Shown: positions 44,370 to 55,436 of the stretch, one piece after another
How the letters are laid out: each line of letters opens with the position of its first letter
How positions within the stretch are numbered: position 1 is the stretch's first letter
IMG/VR virus record: IMGVR_UViG_3300044631_002422
Location: 32,001-96,000 of that record
Length of the DNA: 64,000 nucleotides
Reading direction: 5' to 3' (one strand)
Origin: a virus
Notes under the pieces: model-generated
The model's database searches: none
Told to the model about the DNA's origin: nothing
What the model saw: only the letters and a program-made list of their open reading frames with translations
Position numbers and translations under genes: made by a program

Positions 44370-46607
44370 ATGAAAGTAACAAAGGTAAACGGAGAACAGG
44401 AAAATTTCTCTGTGGAAAAAATTCATAAAGTAGTTGAGTGGGCGACCAAAGGAATTAACGGTGTGTCCTTTTCTGATGTTGAAATGAATGCTAATCTTTC
44501 GATATATGATGGAATTTCTACAAAGGAAATACATCAAGTATTGATTAAGTCTGCAAACGATCTTATTTCAATACATACGCCAAATTACCAGTATGTAGCA
44601 TCTAGATTACTCAATATGCAACTCAGAAAAGAAGTCTGGAATTGTGGCAAGCGTTACAATCCGGTAGATTTTGTTGTGTTTGTAAAAAGAAATATTGATA
44701 ACGGAATCTACGATCCGATATTGGAAAAGAAATGGGATAATGATCAGATTGAAGATTTTGGTAAATATATTGACCATACCCGCGACGATTTATTTACATA
44801 TGCTGGCTTGCAGCAAATGATTGATAAGTATCTTGTCAAGAATCGAAGCACTGGACAAATTTATGAAACGCCACAGTTTGCTTATATGTGCATAGCGATG
44901 TGTCTTTTTAATACAGTCGAAGAAGTAAAACAGGCTTATGATTGTTATTCTACATTCAAGATTAACCTTCCAACACCAATCATGGCTGGAGTTAGAACAA
45001 ACATACGTCAATTTGCAAGCTGTGTTTTAGTTGACGTAGAAGATAATCTGGATAGTATTTTTTCAAGTATTCATGCAGTTGGAAAGTATACTGCTAGAAG
45101 GGCTGGTATAGGTCTTAATATAGGCCGTATGCGCCCGATAAACTCACCTATTCGTGGAGGAGAGGTTATTCACACCGGAGTTATTCCGTATTTAAAAAAC
45201 TTTGAATCAGTTGTAAAGTCAACATCGCAAAACGGAATTCGTGGAGGAAGCGCAACCGTTTATTGCCCTTGGTGGCACTATGAAATTGAAGATATTATTG
45301 TGCTGAAAAACAATGCTGGAACTGATGATAACCGAGTCCGAAAACTTGACTATTCAATTCAGTTTTGCAAATTGTTTTATGATCGACTCATCAATAATCA
45401 AGATATAACCCTTTTCAGTCCACACGAAGCAAAGGGTCTTTATGAAGCTTTTGGCAACAATAAGAAGTTTGAAGAGCTTTATTTGAAGTACGAAAACGCT
45501 CGCTCGATGAAGTTTAAAAAGAAAATACCAGCACGTAAACTTGCTGAAATTTTTGCCAGAGAACGCCTAGAAACTGGTAGGATTTATAGTATGAATCTGG
45601 ATACAGCAAATGAACACGGCTCATGGGACATTCCATGTTATATGAGCAATCTTTGCTGTGAGATAGTACATCCCACAAAGCCAATAAAATCTATCGACGA
45701 CCCAAACGGCGAAATTGGAATTTGTATTTTGTCTGCATTAAATCTTCTTGAAATTTTTGAAAAAGAAGGTGATCTTGAAGAGGTTTGTAAGATAGCTGTA
45801 AAAACTCTGGACGCAGTTATTGATTATCAAGACTACCCAGTTTTGGCAGGCGAAAACTTTACAAAGAATCGTAGGTCTTTGGGTATTGGTGTTACTAATC
45901 TGGCTGGATTTTTGGCAAAGAATAAATTAAAATATGAAGACAAAGAAACCTTGACTTTGGTTCATGGCGTTATGGAGAAAATACAATGGCATTTGATAAA
46001 TGCTAGTTGCGAATTAGCTAAAGAAAAAGGAGCCTGTCCTAAGTTTAAAGACACAAAATACGCTAAGGGTCTTATGCCAATTGACTGGTATAAAAAAACA
46101 GTTGACGAACTGGTTGCTCCAAGGTACAATATGGATTGGGAAGAGTTACGTCAACGTGTTAAGAAATACGGTATGCGTCATTCTACACTTTCAGCGATTA
46201 TGCCGTGTGAGTCTTCTAGTGTTATCCAGAACAGCACAAACGGTATCGAGCCAGTCAGAAGCTTGCTTTTGTTCAAAAAGGCCAAAAACGGCGTTTTAAA
46301 ACAACTTGTTCCAAATTACCATATGCGAAAAAATTATTACACTTTAGCTTGGGAAATGACAACCAACAAGCCGATAATGAATGTTGCGGCAGTTATTCAG
46401 AAGTTTGTTGATATGAGCATGAGTACAAACTTATACTATAATTACGCTCACTACGAAGGGGGAAATATTCCACTAAGCGTTTTAATTAAAGATCAAATTT
46501 ACGGTTACAAGTATGGGCTTAAGAATTTTTACTATGCCAACACACCAGATGGTGATGGTGATACAGAAAAAGGTATGAATTGCGAATCTGGCGCGTGTTC
46601 AATTTAA
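44370..46607 (+). CDS. nrdA: ribonucleotide reductase class Ia alpha subunit
   Basis: ATP cone, PTPIMAG, SCVL, SNLCCEI, C-terminal C..GAC. Confidence 0.97.
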   Translation: MKVTKVNGEQENFSVEKIHKVVEWATKGINGVSFSDVEMNANLSIYDGISTKEIHQVLIKSANDLISIHTPNYQYVASRLLNMQLRKEVWNCGKRYNPVDFVVFVKRNIDNGIYDPILEKKWDNDQIEDFGKYIDHTRDDLFTYAGLQQMIDKYLVKNRSTGQIYETPQFAYMCIAMCLFNTVEEVKQAYDCYSTFKINLPTPIMAGVRTNIRQFASCVLVDVEDNLDSIFSSIHAVGKYTARRAGIGLNIGRMRPINSPIRGGEVIHTGVIPYLKNFESVVKSTSQNGIRGGSATVYCPWWHYEIEDIIVLKNNAGTDDNRVRKLDYSIQFCKLFYDRLINNQDITLFSPHEAKGLYEAFGNNKKFEELYLKYENARSMKFKKKIPARKLAEIFARERLETGRIYSMNLDTANEHGSWDIPCYMSNLCCEIVHPTKPIKSIDDPNGEIGICILSALNLLEIFEKEGDLEEVCKIAVKTLDAVIDYQDYPVLAGENFTKNRRSLGIGVTNLAGFLAKNKLKYEDKETLTLVHGVMEKIQWHLINASCELAKEKGACPKFKDTKYAKGLMPIDWYKKTVDELVAPRYNMDWEELRQRVKKYGMRHSTLSAIMPCESSSVIQNSTNGIEPVRSLLLFKKAKNGVLKQLVPNYHMRKNYYTLAWEMTTNKPIMNVAAVIQKFVDMSMSTNLYYNYAHYEGGNIPLSVLIKDQIYGYKYGLKNFYYANTPDGDGDTEKGMNCESGACSI

Positions 46608-46617
46608 AGAGGTATAA

Positions 46618-47688
46618 ATGAAAACTATTTTCAACACAGTAAATGTAGACCCAATGACTCAACCACTTTTCCTTGGTAAAGATTTAGGGGTTCAAAGATA
46701 TGATATTATTAAGTATCCTATATTCAAAGAGCTTGATAGCAAGCAAATGATGAACTTTTGGCGACCAGAAGAAATCGAACTTAAAAAAGATCGTGGCGAT
46801 TTTAAGGAAATGTCCGAGAACGAAAAGTTTATTTTTACGTCTAATCTTAAGTATCAAACAATGTTGGATAGCGTTATTTGTCGCGGAGTTCCAACACTGT
46901 TGGAATATGTAACAAATAGCGAGCTTGAGGCGTGTTTGATGACATGGCAATTCTTTGAAAAAATCCATTCTCAAAGTTATAGCTATATCATTCAAAATGT
47001 TTACGCAGATAGCAAAGAAATCTTTGATGGTATTTATGAAGATCGAGAAATCATGAAAAGGGCCAATAGCGCCATCGAAGACTACAACAATTTGATGGGC
47101 ATGACTTGTGATACAAATAAAATTTCTGACATAAAAAAACAAATTTATATGACTATTGTGAGTATAAATATTCTGGAAGCGGTTCGTTTTTATGTTAGTT
47201 TTGTGTGCAGCTTCGCTTTTGCTGAAAATAAGAAAATGGCTGGAAATGCAGATATAATCAAGCTAATCAAGCGAGATGAAGCGTTACATCTAGCAAATAC
47301 TCAGCAAATTCTGAAGATTTTACACAACGAAGAATCGGAAGGTTTTATTAAAACGTCACAACAATGCGAAGAAGCAGCTTGTGAACTGTTTAACAGAGCC
47401 GCAAAAGAGGAAAAGGAATGGGCATCTTATTTGTTTAAGAATGGCTCGATTATAGGTCTAAACGAAACTGTACTACATCAGTACATCGACTGGCTTGTAA
47501 TGTCAAGACGCAAAGCGATTGGATTGCCCTATGAAAATGTTGGCAAAAATCCAATTGCAGGATGGACAGAACACTGGATGAATAGTGAGGCTGTTCAAGT
47601 TGCTCCGCAAGAACATGAAATTACCTCATACAAAATAGGAGCTAGTAAAAATGATCTTGACGACATAGATTTTGGAGGCGTGTTATGA
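46618..47688 (+). CDS. nrdB: ribonucleotide reductase class Ia beta subunit
   Basis: FW.PEE, E.IHS.SY, EAVRFY.SF, RDEALH, APQE.EI.SY. Confidence 0.97.
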   Translation: MKTIFNTVNVDPMTQPLFLGKDLGVQRYDIIKYPIFKELDSKQMMNFWRPEEIELKKDRGDFKEMSENEKFIFTSNLKYQTMLDSVICRGVPTLLEYVTNSELEACLMTWQFFEKIHSQSYSYIIQNVYADSKEIFDGIYEDREIMKRANSAIEDYNNLMGMTCDTNKISDIKKQIYMTIVSINILEAVRFYVSFVCSFAFAENKKMAGNADIIKLIKRDEALHLANTQQILKILHNEESEGFIKTSQQCEEAACELFNRAAKEEKEWASYLFKNGSIIGLNETVLHQYIDWLVMSRRKAIGLPYENVGKNPIAGWTEHWMNSEAVQVAPQEHEITSYKIGASKNDLDDIDFGGVL

Positions 47689-48305
47689 AAGCTCTGCAAA
47701 GAACTGCGTCTGTTTTGTTTCTATCTCTTGTTTCCGTTTTTTTAATTTGTTCGAGTATTTATAGTCAAACATGTTTTATAAGGTGTGAACCAGACAAGGA
47801 AACCGGAGGCGGAGCTTGCGGATCTGGCTTTTTTATTTCAAAAAATGAAATTTTAACTGCGGCCCATGTAATAAATGACGCAAATAATGTTAGAATTGAA
47901 TTTGATGGAAAGTATTTTAAAGCTTTCGTTGTTAGACAAGATGCCACTAAAGATTTAGCCCTTCTAAGAATAGAAGAAGAGCATGATAAATTTTATAAAC
48001 TTAGTGACTCTTTCGGTAAAGCTGACCAAAAAGTAACTTGTTTTGGTTTTCCTAGAGGTGTTTGGACCTTGTATAAGTCAAGTGGTGTTATTAAGGAAGT
48101 TAATAGCGTTACAAGAGATTCTAGATATAAAGACAATCCGAGGATGGAATATGCTGTATTAATGGAAGTTACGAATGGAATGTCTGGAGGACCACTTCTT
48201 ACTGAAGATAAAACCGTAATAGGGGTTTTAAGCAGCAAGAATATTATTGGCGAACCAAGAGCTAATTTTATTGCTCTTGAAGATATAAAAAAGTTTCTTG
48301 ACTAA
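47685..48305 (+). CDS. secreted trypsin-like serine protease
   Basis: GSGF, LTAAHV, DLALL, GMSGGP. Confidence 0.9.
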   Translation: MKALQRTASVLFLSLVSVFLICSSIYSQTCFIRCEPDKETGGGACGSGFFISKNEILTAAHVINDANNVRIEFDGKYFKAFVVRQDATKDLALLRIEEEHDKFYKLSDSFGKADQKVTCFGFPRGVWTLYKSSGVIKEVNSVTRDSRYKDNPRMEYAVLMEVTNGMSGGPLLTEDKTVIGVLSSKNIIGEPRANFIALEDIKKFLD

Positions 48306-48315
48306 GTAAAATAAA

Positions 48316-48401
48316 GCGCGGGCCAAGTGGTTGGCAGTATTTAACTTAAATGACGATTAATGTTAAATACAGCAGTGCTGGTTCGACTCCAGCCCCTCGC
48401 C
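48316..48401 (+). ncRNA. tRNA-like RNA with 13-bp anticodon stem
   Basis: GCGCGGG/CCCTCGC acceptor, GCTGG-TTCGACT-CCAGC T arm, GTATTTAAC/GTTAAATAC stem. Confidence 0.6.
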
Positions 48402-48435
48402 TTTTTAATTTTAATTTTGATTTGAGGGAAAATTT

Positions 48436-49119
48436 ATGCAAAATAAAGTTGAACTTATGAGCCCTGATGGATATTATGGAAGCGATGAAATTATTGCTTG
48501 CAGTGCGTGGACTTCTACTAGTCGCGATTTAAATGATGAAAAGCGTGGCCGTATTGGTAAACTAATTAAGATGTTGTGGGAGAATGGGCATGAAACGCCT
48601 TTTGAAAAGGGGATTGTTCACTTTCTTGTGGATACAGATATTGCTACGCACATTCATTTACTCAAACATCGCATTAGCAGTATCAATGCTGAGTCTGCAC
48701 GGTATAAAGAACTAAAAGAAGATAAGTATTATCTACCGGAAGACTGGCGAGGCATAATGGCTAAAACAAACGCATTAGTAATTGGGGATTCTAATGATGA
48801 TAAAGACTGGATAAAATTACTAGAACAATATACTAATATAGGAAATAAGTTGTATCACGATTGTTTAAAAGATTTATCGCCCGTTCTTGGTCGCAAGCGA
48901 GCCAAAGAATCGGCCCGTTTCTTCAAAACATACAACAGTCAGATTCAGAGCGACATTATGTTTAATATGCGTAGCTTTGCTAATTTTCTAAAACTAAGAC
49001 TATCTCCAAACGCACAACTTGAAATCCGCGAAATCGCTCAACAAATGTTGCATTTGGTTAAGAATATTGAAGGTAATCCATTTAAGTACACTTTAGAAGC
49101 GTGGGGATATCAACAATGA
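48436..49119 (+). CDS. thyX: FAD-dependent thymidylate synthase
   Basis: GHETPFE, KHR..S.N.ESARY, N.RS..NF..LR....AQ.EIR. Confidence 0.93.
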   Translation: MQNKVELMSPDGYYGSDEIIACSAWTSTSRDLNDEKRGRIGKLIKMLWENGHETPFEKGIVHFLVDTDIATHIHLLKHRISSINAESARYKELKEDKYYLPEDWRGIMAKTNALVIGDSNDDKDWIKLLEQYTNIGNKLYHDCLKDLSPVLGRKRAKESARFFKTYNSQIQSDIMFNMRSFANFLKLRLSPNAQLEIREIAQQMLHLVKNIEGNPFKYTLEAWGYQQ

Positions 49120-49261
49120 GCTACAATGAATTAATCAAAGAGTTGCAATCGTAACTATGGAAATTATGATAAATTTGGTTACGATAAAAAATCTACTCAA
49201 GATAACCACGAACCAGATTGTTTGCATCGACTGGCTAGTGAACTTTTAGAAGGAAAAGAAA

Positions 49262-49711
49262 ATGGACAGAAGAACTTTTAATAAATCAATTGCTGCCACT
49301 TATGGATTGGTTGCATTTCCGCAACTAATAGAAGAAAATAAGCAACCCGCTCAGCCGACTCTTAAAAACTTTAATATTAAACTTTCTTATGGGTACGAAT
49401 TTAATGCTCCAGATATCGATATGGTGTTGACATATGGAGATATTGAGTTAGAATTTTATGTGTATAGCGTCGAATATAAATTTCCTAATGTAGAGCCATT
49501 GATAGAATCATCGCTGGGTAAGAATCGTATTTATTACACACTTTTGAGTATTGACTTTTATCTCGATGGAATGAAAATCGATCCGCTTGATATCAACGAT
49601 AAAGAAACAAAATATGAAGTAGTATTAAATATAACGGAAGATATAACCAAGAGAAAATGTGCAGTACTTCTACACGAAGTTGTTTTAAAAGAAAGGCGGC
49701 AGTTATGCTAG
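49262..49711 (+). CDS. hypothetical protein with Tat-like N terminus
   Basis: MDRRTF start. Confidence 0.55.
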   Translation: MDRRTFNKSIAATYGLVAFPQLIEENKQPAQPTLKNFNIKLSYGYEFNAPDIDMVLTYGDIELEFYVYSVEYKFPNVEPLIESSLGKNRIYYTLLSIDFYLDGMKIDPLDINDKETKYEVVLNITEDITKRKCAVLLHEVVLKERRQLC

Positions 49712-50367
49712 TTGTTGGTGATGTTCACGGAAAATTCAACGAATACTACAATCTTGTCAAAGATGCAAGATCTTCGTTTCAAATTGGAGATTTTGGATTT
49801 GGGCAAGCTTGGAATGCGCTTAATTATTCTGAACTTGACCACAAGTTTCATAAAGTTGGTCAGGGAAACCACGACCCACATGACTCGCTACATGGTGATG
49901 TTAAATATTGGACTGGACGTTATGGGCCAGTTAATGTTGACGGTCACAATATATTCTGGATTGGCGGCGCATTAAGTATCGATTTGGTTTATAGAGTTGC
50001 TGATTGGGTAAACAATAATAGAAATCCAGCCAGTCGCTCTTGGTGGGCTAACGAACAGCTTACATATCAAGAAATGCGCGATTGTGAAAAAAAATGGAAA
50101 AACAAAAAACCAACCGTGGTATTTAGTCATACTTGCCCAAGCTCTATTATATTAAATCATTTCAATGGAAATAAGGGTACTAATATAATGGATACTTACG
50201 GATGGGGTTCTGGCTATACCGATATGACCAGTCAATTCCTAGAGCATTTGTGGGGCATTCACAAGCCTGATTTATGGATCTTTGGACACTTTCATAAATC
50301 GTGGAATCAAGTTATAGACGGAACAGAATTTCGCTGTTTAGCAGAACTGGAAACTTTTAGTTTATAG
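49705..50367 (+). CDS. calcineurin-like metallophosphoesterase
   Basis: GDVHG, GDFG, GNHD, GHFH. Confidence 0.9.
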   Translation: MLVVGDVHGKFNEYYNLVKDARSSFQIGDFGFGQAWNALNYSELDHKFHKVGQGNHDPHDSLHGDVKYWTGRYGPVNVDGHNIFWIGGALSIDLVYRVADWVNNNRNPASRSWWANEQLTYQEMRDCEKKWKNKKPTVVFSHTCPSSIILNHFNGNKGTNIMDTYGWGSGYTDMTSQFLEHLWGIHKPDLWIFGHFHKSWNQVIDGTEFRCLAELETFSL

Positions 50368-50455
50368 GAATTTTAAATGGAAATGATAGTTGCTTTATTT
50401 TTAGTTTGTTTTATGTTTGAATTTTTTTGTATGATCACTGATCAATGAGGTAAAA

Positions 50456-50770
50456 ATGAACCCTTATGACATAATAACTAGTATTTTTTCAAAAGACGGT
50501 TTTTCAAATGAATTATTTTCTGTAAAGTTCAAAGACTCTATAAATGTAAAGATAGAGCAAAATAAAGAAGGCTTTTTAGTGTCCTTTATTGATAGCAAGC
50601 CTACAATAAAAGTAAACAAATACGTTTCGTTGTCTTTGACTGTTAATTCAATCCTTCTAAGAAAAAATAGTGGAGTTTTTCAAATCGATTATTTCCCAGA
50701 TATTCCTTTTAGATACGATTGGATTTTTGGTGAAAATAACCCAGAAGGAGAATCAAATGAATTACAATAA
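50456..50770 (+). CDS. hypothetical protein
   Basis: GAGG RBS. Confidence 0.6.
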   Translation: MNPYDIITSIFSKDGFSNELFSVKFKDSINVKIEQNKEGFLVSFIDSKPTIKVNKYVSLSLTVNSILLRKNSGVFQIDYFPDIPFRYDWIFGENNPEGESNELQ

Positions 50771-51065
50771 TTTGCACGATGAAATAAATGCTAAATATGC
50801 AAATAGTCCTAGCAGGAAAAAATTAGCTGAAAAATGTTTAGAAAAAGCAAAAGAGTGGCTGGATAATTTTTCTGACGAAAACGACATTTCAAATTTGACC
50901 AATGTCGATATCAAAAAAATGAAGCGCGAATGTACAGCTTATGTCAAAAAAAACGTTGATACAGGTGAAGAGCGTAAAATTTACGGCTCAGTTTTGCTTA
51001 TGATTATTATGGGGGCGATTGTTTCTTGGTTAGTACAAAGACTTTTGGATGAACTTTTCGATTAA
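50757..51065 (+). CDS. hypothetical protein with C-terminal TM
   Basis: AGGAG RBS before ATG at 50757. Confidence 0.6.
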   Translation: MNYNNLHDEINAKYANSPSRKKLAEKCLEKAKEWLDNFSDENDISNLTNVDIKKMKRECTAYVKKNVDTGEERKIYGSVLLMIIMGAIVSWLVQRLLDELFD

Positions 51066-51076
51066 AGGTAAAAATA

Positions 51077-51379
51077 ATGAATAATCTTGAAGACTATATT
51101 TCTAAAGTTAAACAATGGCATTATGACAGAAATCTCATCGAAGGAAGCAGTGATAAAGATCAAACTTTGAAACTGCTACAAGAACTTGGAGAACTGTCCG
51201 ATAGTGTTTGCAAGGGAAACGATATTCGTGACGATATTGGAGATATGTTAGTAGTTTTAATCAATATTGCTGAACGAAATAAGCTAAATCTTGAGGAGTG
51301 TTTGGCTAAGGCTTGGGATGATATCAAGGATAGAAAAGGAAGAATGGTTGATGGTATTTTTGTTAAAGACGTTAATTAA
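51077..51379 (+). CDS. mazG: MazG-like nucleotide pyrophosphohydrolase
   Basis: KL..E.GEL, DDIGD..V.L, IKDRKG.M.DG.FVK. Confidence 0.88.
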   Translation: MNNLEDYISKVKQWHYDRNLIEGSSDKDQTLKLLQELGELSDSVCKGNDIRDDIGDMLVVLINIAERNKLNLEECLAKAWDDIKDRKGRMVDGIFVKDVN

Positions 51380-51436
51380 CAATAAAAAATGCGTATAGTA
51401 TTTTGTATCCAGTAATTAGAACTTTAGTACAACCAT

Positions 51437-52429
51437 ATGCCAAACCCATTTATACCCCCGAATAATAGAATTTTTTATGCTTGTCAAGCCATACTGTTAG
51501 ATGGCGTATACTTTGAGGGTGTGCAAAGCGCTGGAGTAAACTGGGATTTAACAACAGAAATGCTGTTAGATAATACCAAAATAAGACAGCAAAAACATAG
51601 GTTTGGAAAACAGTCATATACAGTTACCATTTCTAGGGTTATTCCTAGAAGTGGTTCTTTTTTTTATTCATCTGCAACCCATCCATTATTGACAACCCTA
51701 AAAGGACCAATTCCTCCCACAAAAGATATATCTTTGATTTATGGTCCAGATAGTCAGTCTCATATAAGTAAAAATGACCAAACTATATCAAAAATTACTT
51801 ACAATGATTCAATACTGACCTCTATTTCATATAGCATAAAAATTGATGGTCCAATAACTGAAAATTTGACCTTTCAAAGTCATTCTTACACCAAGTCTAA
51901 TGATACTATAAATTTAAATTCTACGCTGCCACAAAATGGGGCAACTATAAGAAGACAGGATATTTCTTTTAGCGGTGGCTCGGCATCGACACTTCCAACA
52001 GAAGTTTTAAACGCTTTCAATATAGGTAATTCTATTGATGGAAAACCTGTGTATGGTCTTCAGTCAATCGAAATTAATATAGAAATGAATTACAGAGATT
52101 TGCTGGACAATGGAACTTGGAATAGAAGTAGCGGAACAAAACAATTCAAACTTGTAGAAGTTCCAATTTCTGTAACTTCTTCTTTTATAGGTGTTATGCG
52201 ATCACATTATGACGAAAGTCGCCCAAACATAGACCCAAGTTATTACGACACAAATAGAACTATAGATTTAAAAGCAGTTGTTGATGGATCTGTTTTTAGA
52301 TGGAATTTAGGAACCGACAATTATTTAACTGGTTTCGATTTCTCTGGTGGAGATACGGAGGGTGGAAATGTAGAAGCTACTCTTAGTTATCAGAATGACA
52401 GCAGTGATTTTTATTTTACAAAGTCATAA
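51437..52429 (+). CDS. putative tail tube/structural protein
   Basis: NNRIFYACQA start, beta-rich, GGD..GGN...T.SY end. Confidence 0.5.
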   Translation: MPNPFIPPNNRIFYACQAILLDGVYFEGVQSAGVNWDLTTEMLLDNTKIRQQKHRFGKQSYTVTISRVIPRSGSFFYSSATHPLLTTLKGPIPPTKDISLIYGPDSQSHISKNDQTISKITYNDSILTSISYSIKIDGPITENLTFQSHSYTKSNDTINLNSTLPQNGATIRRQDISFSGGSASTLPTEVLNAFNIGNSIDGKPVYGLQSIEINIEMNYRDLLDNGTWNRSSGTKQFKLVEVPISVTSSFIGVMRSHYDESRPNIDPSYYDTNRTIDLKAVVDGSVFRWNLGTDNYLTGFDFSGGDTEGGNVEATLSYQNDSSDFYFTKS

Positions 52430-52448
52430 TTCCGTAAAGGAAAAATAA

Positions 52449-53117
52449 ATGGCGAAAAAAAGGCAGGCGCAAAAACAATCAGTAAGACCTTCTCGTAAAA
52501 CATTAAAACCAAAAACAAAAAATCAAGAAAATTACATTATAGCTATGGCAGAATCAGACATAACATTTTGTTCTGGTCCAGCCGGATCTGGTAAAACTGC
52601 GGTTGCAGTTGGTTTAGCTTGTGAATATATTCTTGCAAATAAAGTTGAAAAAATAGTTATAACTCGACCTGTTGTTGAATCTGGTAGAGGTCTTGGGTTT
52701 TTACCGGGAACTTTAACCGAAAAAGTACAACCGTATTTAGTTCCAATAATCGAAGAAATGAAACTATATCTTGGTATAGACACATACAATTTAATGCGGG
52801 CTTCAAATATAATAGAGATTTGCCCACTAGAATATATGCGCGGAAGAAATTTTCATAATACATTTATGATTCTAGACGAAGGTCAAAATGCTACATTCGA
52901 GCAAATAAAAATGTTTTTAACTAGAATAGGAATAAACTCCAAGGCTATAGTAAATGGCGACCTAGATCAAACTGATTTAAGAGGCGGTGATTACGGCGGG
53001 TTACATGAATGCATGAAACTTTTAGATGACTTAGAGGGTGTAGCTATTTGCAAACTCGATTATTCAGATATTGTTAGAAACGGAATAATATCAAGGGTTT
53101 TAAGTAGACTGCGTTAA
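52449..53117 (+). CDS. phoH: PhoH-like ATPase
   Basis: GPAGSGKT, RP.VE...LGFLPG, YMRGR.F, DE.QN, GD..Q.D. Confidence 0.95.
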   Translation: MAKKRQAQKQSVRPSRKTLKPKTKNQENYIIAMAESDITFCSGPAGSGKTAVAVGLACEYILANKVEKIVITRPVVESGRGLGFLPGTLTEKVQPYLVPIIEEMKLYLGIDTYNLMRASNIIEICPLEYMRGRNFHNTFMILDEGQNATFEQIKMFLTRIGINSKAIVNGDLDQTDLRGGDYGGLHECMKLLDDLEGVAICKLDYSDIVRNGIISRVLSRLR

Positions 53118-53194
53118 CATTAGATTTTTTGTGTTTTATGGGCTGCTTTGTATTACTATAAATACAGCAGCCTTTATTTTTGATAGGATGGAAA

Positions 53195-53548
53195 ATGCCA
53201 ACTTACGATTTTGAATGCGAGCCGTGCGCCTATATCACGGAAATAAGACAAAGTGCCAGTGAACCAAATATATTGAAATGTCCAATTTGCGAACAGGAAA
53301 CGCTTAAAAAAGTTTTTATCTCCGCTCCAACTGTATTCGTTCGCGGAGAACCAACAACGATAGGCCAATTAGCAGAACGAAATACAAGCAAAATTGGCAA
53401 ATATGAGCTAGAAACTAAAAGAGAAAGTGATAAAATTCAAACCGCTGTAAGCGAAGAAGTAAAAAAGAAAAGAAAAGAACATAGAGCAATTCAGTCAATG
53501 ACGCCAGAACAACAAGTTAAATATATAAAAACTGGGGAAATGCCTTGA
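53195..53548 (+). CDS. FmdB-like zinc ribbon protein
   Basis: MPTYDFEC..C....CPIC. Confidence 0.75.
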   Translation: MPTYDFECEPCAYITEIRQSASEPNILKCPICEQETLKKVFISAPTVFVRGEPTTIGQLAERNTSKIGKYELETKRESDKIQTAVSEEVKKKRKEHRAIQSMTPEQQVKYIKTGEMP

Positions 53549-55436
53549 ATCCATACGAAGCAAAATTTACTGAACTACTGAAAAAACATTACGAGTCAGT
53601 AACTCAACAAATAACAGAAAAACCTAGAAAAACAAATCCTCATATTGCAGTTTTGACATTCAAAATTGATGTTCGCGAGCTAGATAATCAAGGTATTATG
53701 GGAGAATCTATTTTGAGCAAGTCGGAATTATTGAAATATGGAATGAGTAATAAAGCACAAATTTTGATCAAAGGCGAAACAGAAGCTGATTGTATAAAAA
53801 AAGTAAAAGACATATTGGAGAATATAGATGCAAAATCCAGATGATGAAGTTTTATTTAAAGAAATGGGAATACCAGATCCAATACAAACAAAAGTCACAT
53901 TCTTTGGCAAGGCGGCAAAAGAGTGCGAAGAATACTCATCGCTTGCTAAAAAGGTTGAAGTTAAATATAGTGTAACTGATTTGCAATACCACTACTTCGT
54001 AAGGGTTGGTCGCGGAGAGTTAATAGACCCATATGAAGCAAATTCAAATTTAAGCAGAAAGCATGTTTCTGAAATGTTTTCCTATAGAAAAGTTAGTGAA
54101 AGAGTTTTCAACTCTTTTTTGAAATATTTGGAAACTAAAAACAGAATACATTTTACTACGGCACGAAGACTTTTATTATCGGAGAGATGAAATGAAAAAG
54201 GGACCATTATCTGGAGAAGACAAAGAATATATCAAAACAAACTACAAAGGTTTGCAAGTTACTGTAATGGCCGAGAAGCTAAAACGGTCCTTGCCTATTG
54301 TTCAAAAATTTGTAGATGAACTATATTCCCAAGAGCCAAAAACCCCAGAAGCAACAGATGCCCAGAATCTTTACGCGCGCAAGCCAGAACGCGGAGTTGT
54401 TGTTTCAACTCAAGCGGCCTCTATGGCGGCAGATGAATCAAAAGAAAAGAAAGACCCCAGTAAAATTAGTCCAAGATACGATAAATTCATTCATAAGATA
54501 AAGAAATGAGAACAGAAGTTTGTACAAATTTTGATGATTACATGCATTGTTTATGTCATGTAAAAATAAACATGAGTTGGACAGCCGAAATGCAAAATGG
54601 CTTGACAATTTACGGTGACTATGAACGCCCAGACTATCTCGACTGCTGGACAAGATTCAAGAACTATTGCGAAGAAAATAAAGTAGTTCCAGTTAGAATA
54701 AAACTGTATATGTTCGGCATGAAAGAGTTTATTTTTTTTGAAGACCCCAATGGACTAGATGGCTTTTCAATATGTAGGGGATGCTCAAGAGATCAATCTT
54801 TGAGTGGAGAGTTTAGAGATTTTCAGTTTTTAACAGTGTCGCTTTTGAGGGATGAGTGTGATTATATCAATGTCAGAAAGTTTGCTTGGCCGGAAACAGC
54901 TTTTGAAGAAGCTGAAAGCGTAAGGTTGATAACACAAAATAACATTGAACACATGATATTTAAACATGACTCAGAAAAAGCAAAACACGAAGAAGTTCAG
55001 CAGTATCTCAACAGGGCAACCATGTAGTGCTGCGCAATACATTGCCGAGCTTGTATGTATAAGAAAATCGGAAAAGGATAACAAAGGAAGTTTAGCTTAT
55101 AAGTTTTGGAATCAAACAGAAAGCTACGAAATACAAATTCGTGTAGCCAATAAACTAATAAATAAGTACGGAGAAAGAGCCGTGCTTCATTATTTAAATA
55201 GCCCTAGCGGATCGAATGTTTATTCGCTTGGGTTTTTGCATAAAAGTAAGAATTTTGTTTTACCGTTAGATTTTGTGAAAAAGGGTATTGAAAATTCTAA
55301 GAAGATAACAGATGCCGAAGACGCAAAACCAAAAAAGATAGTAGAACAACCAACAGGCGAATACAAATCAAAACAATCATTACCAGATAAAAAAAGTTTA
55401 TTTTTCAAATTGAGGAAAGCAGATGGCAGTAACTAA
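53545..55436 (+). CDS. five hypothetical genes (53545-53844, 53828-54190, 54192-54509, 54506-55027, 54966-55436)
   Basis: Overlapping ORFs leading into recA. Confidence 0.6.
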
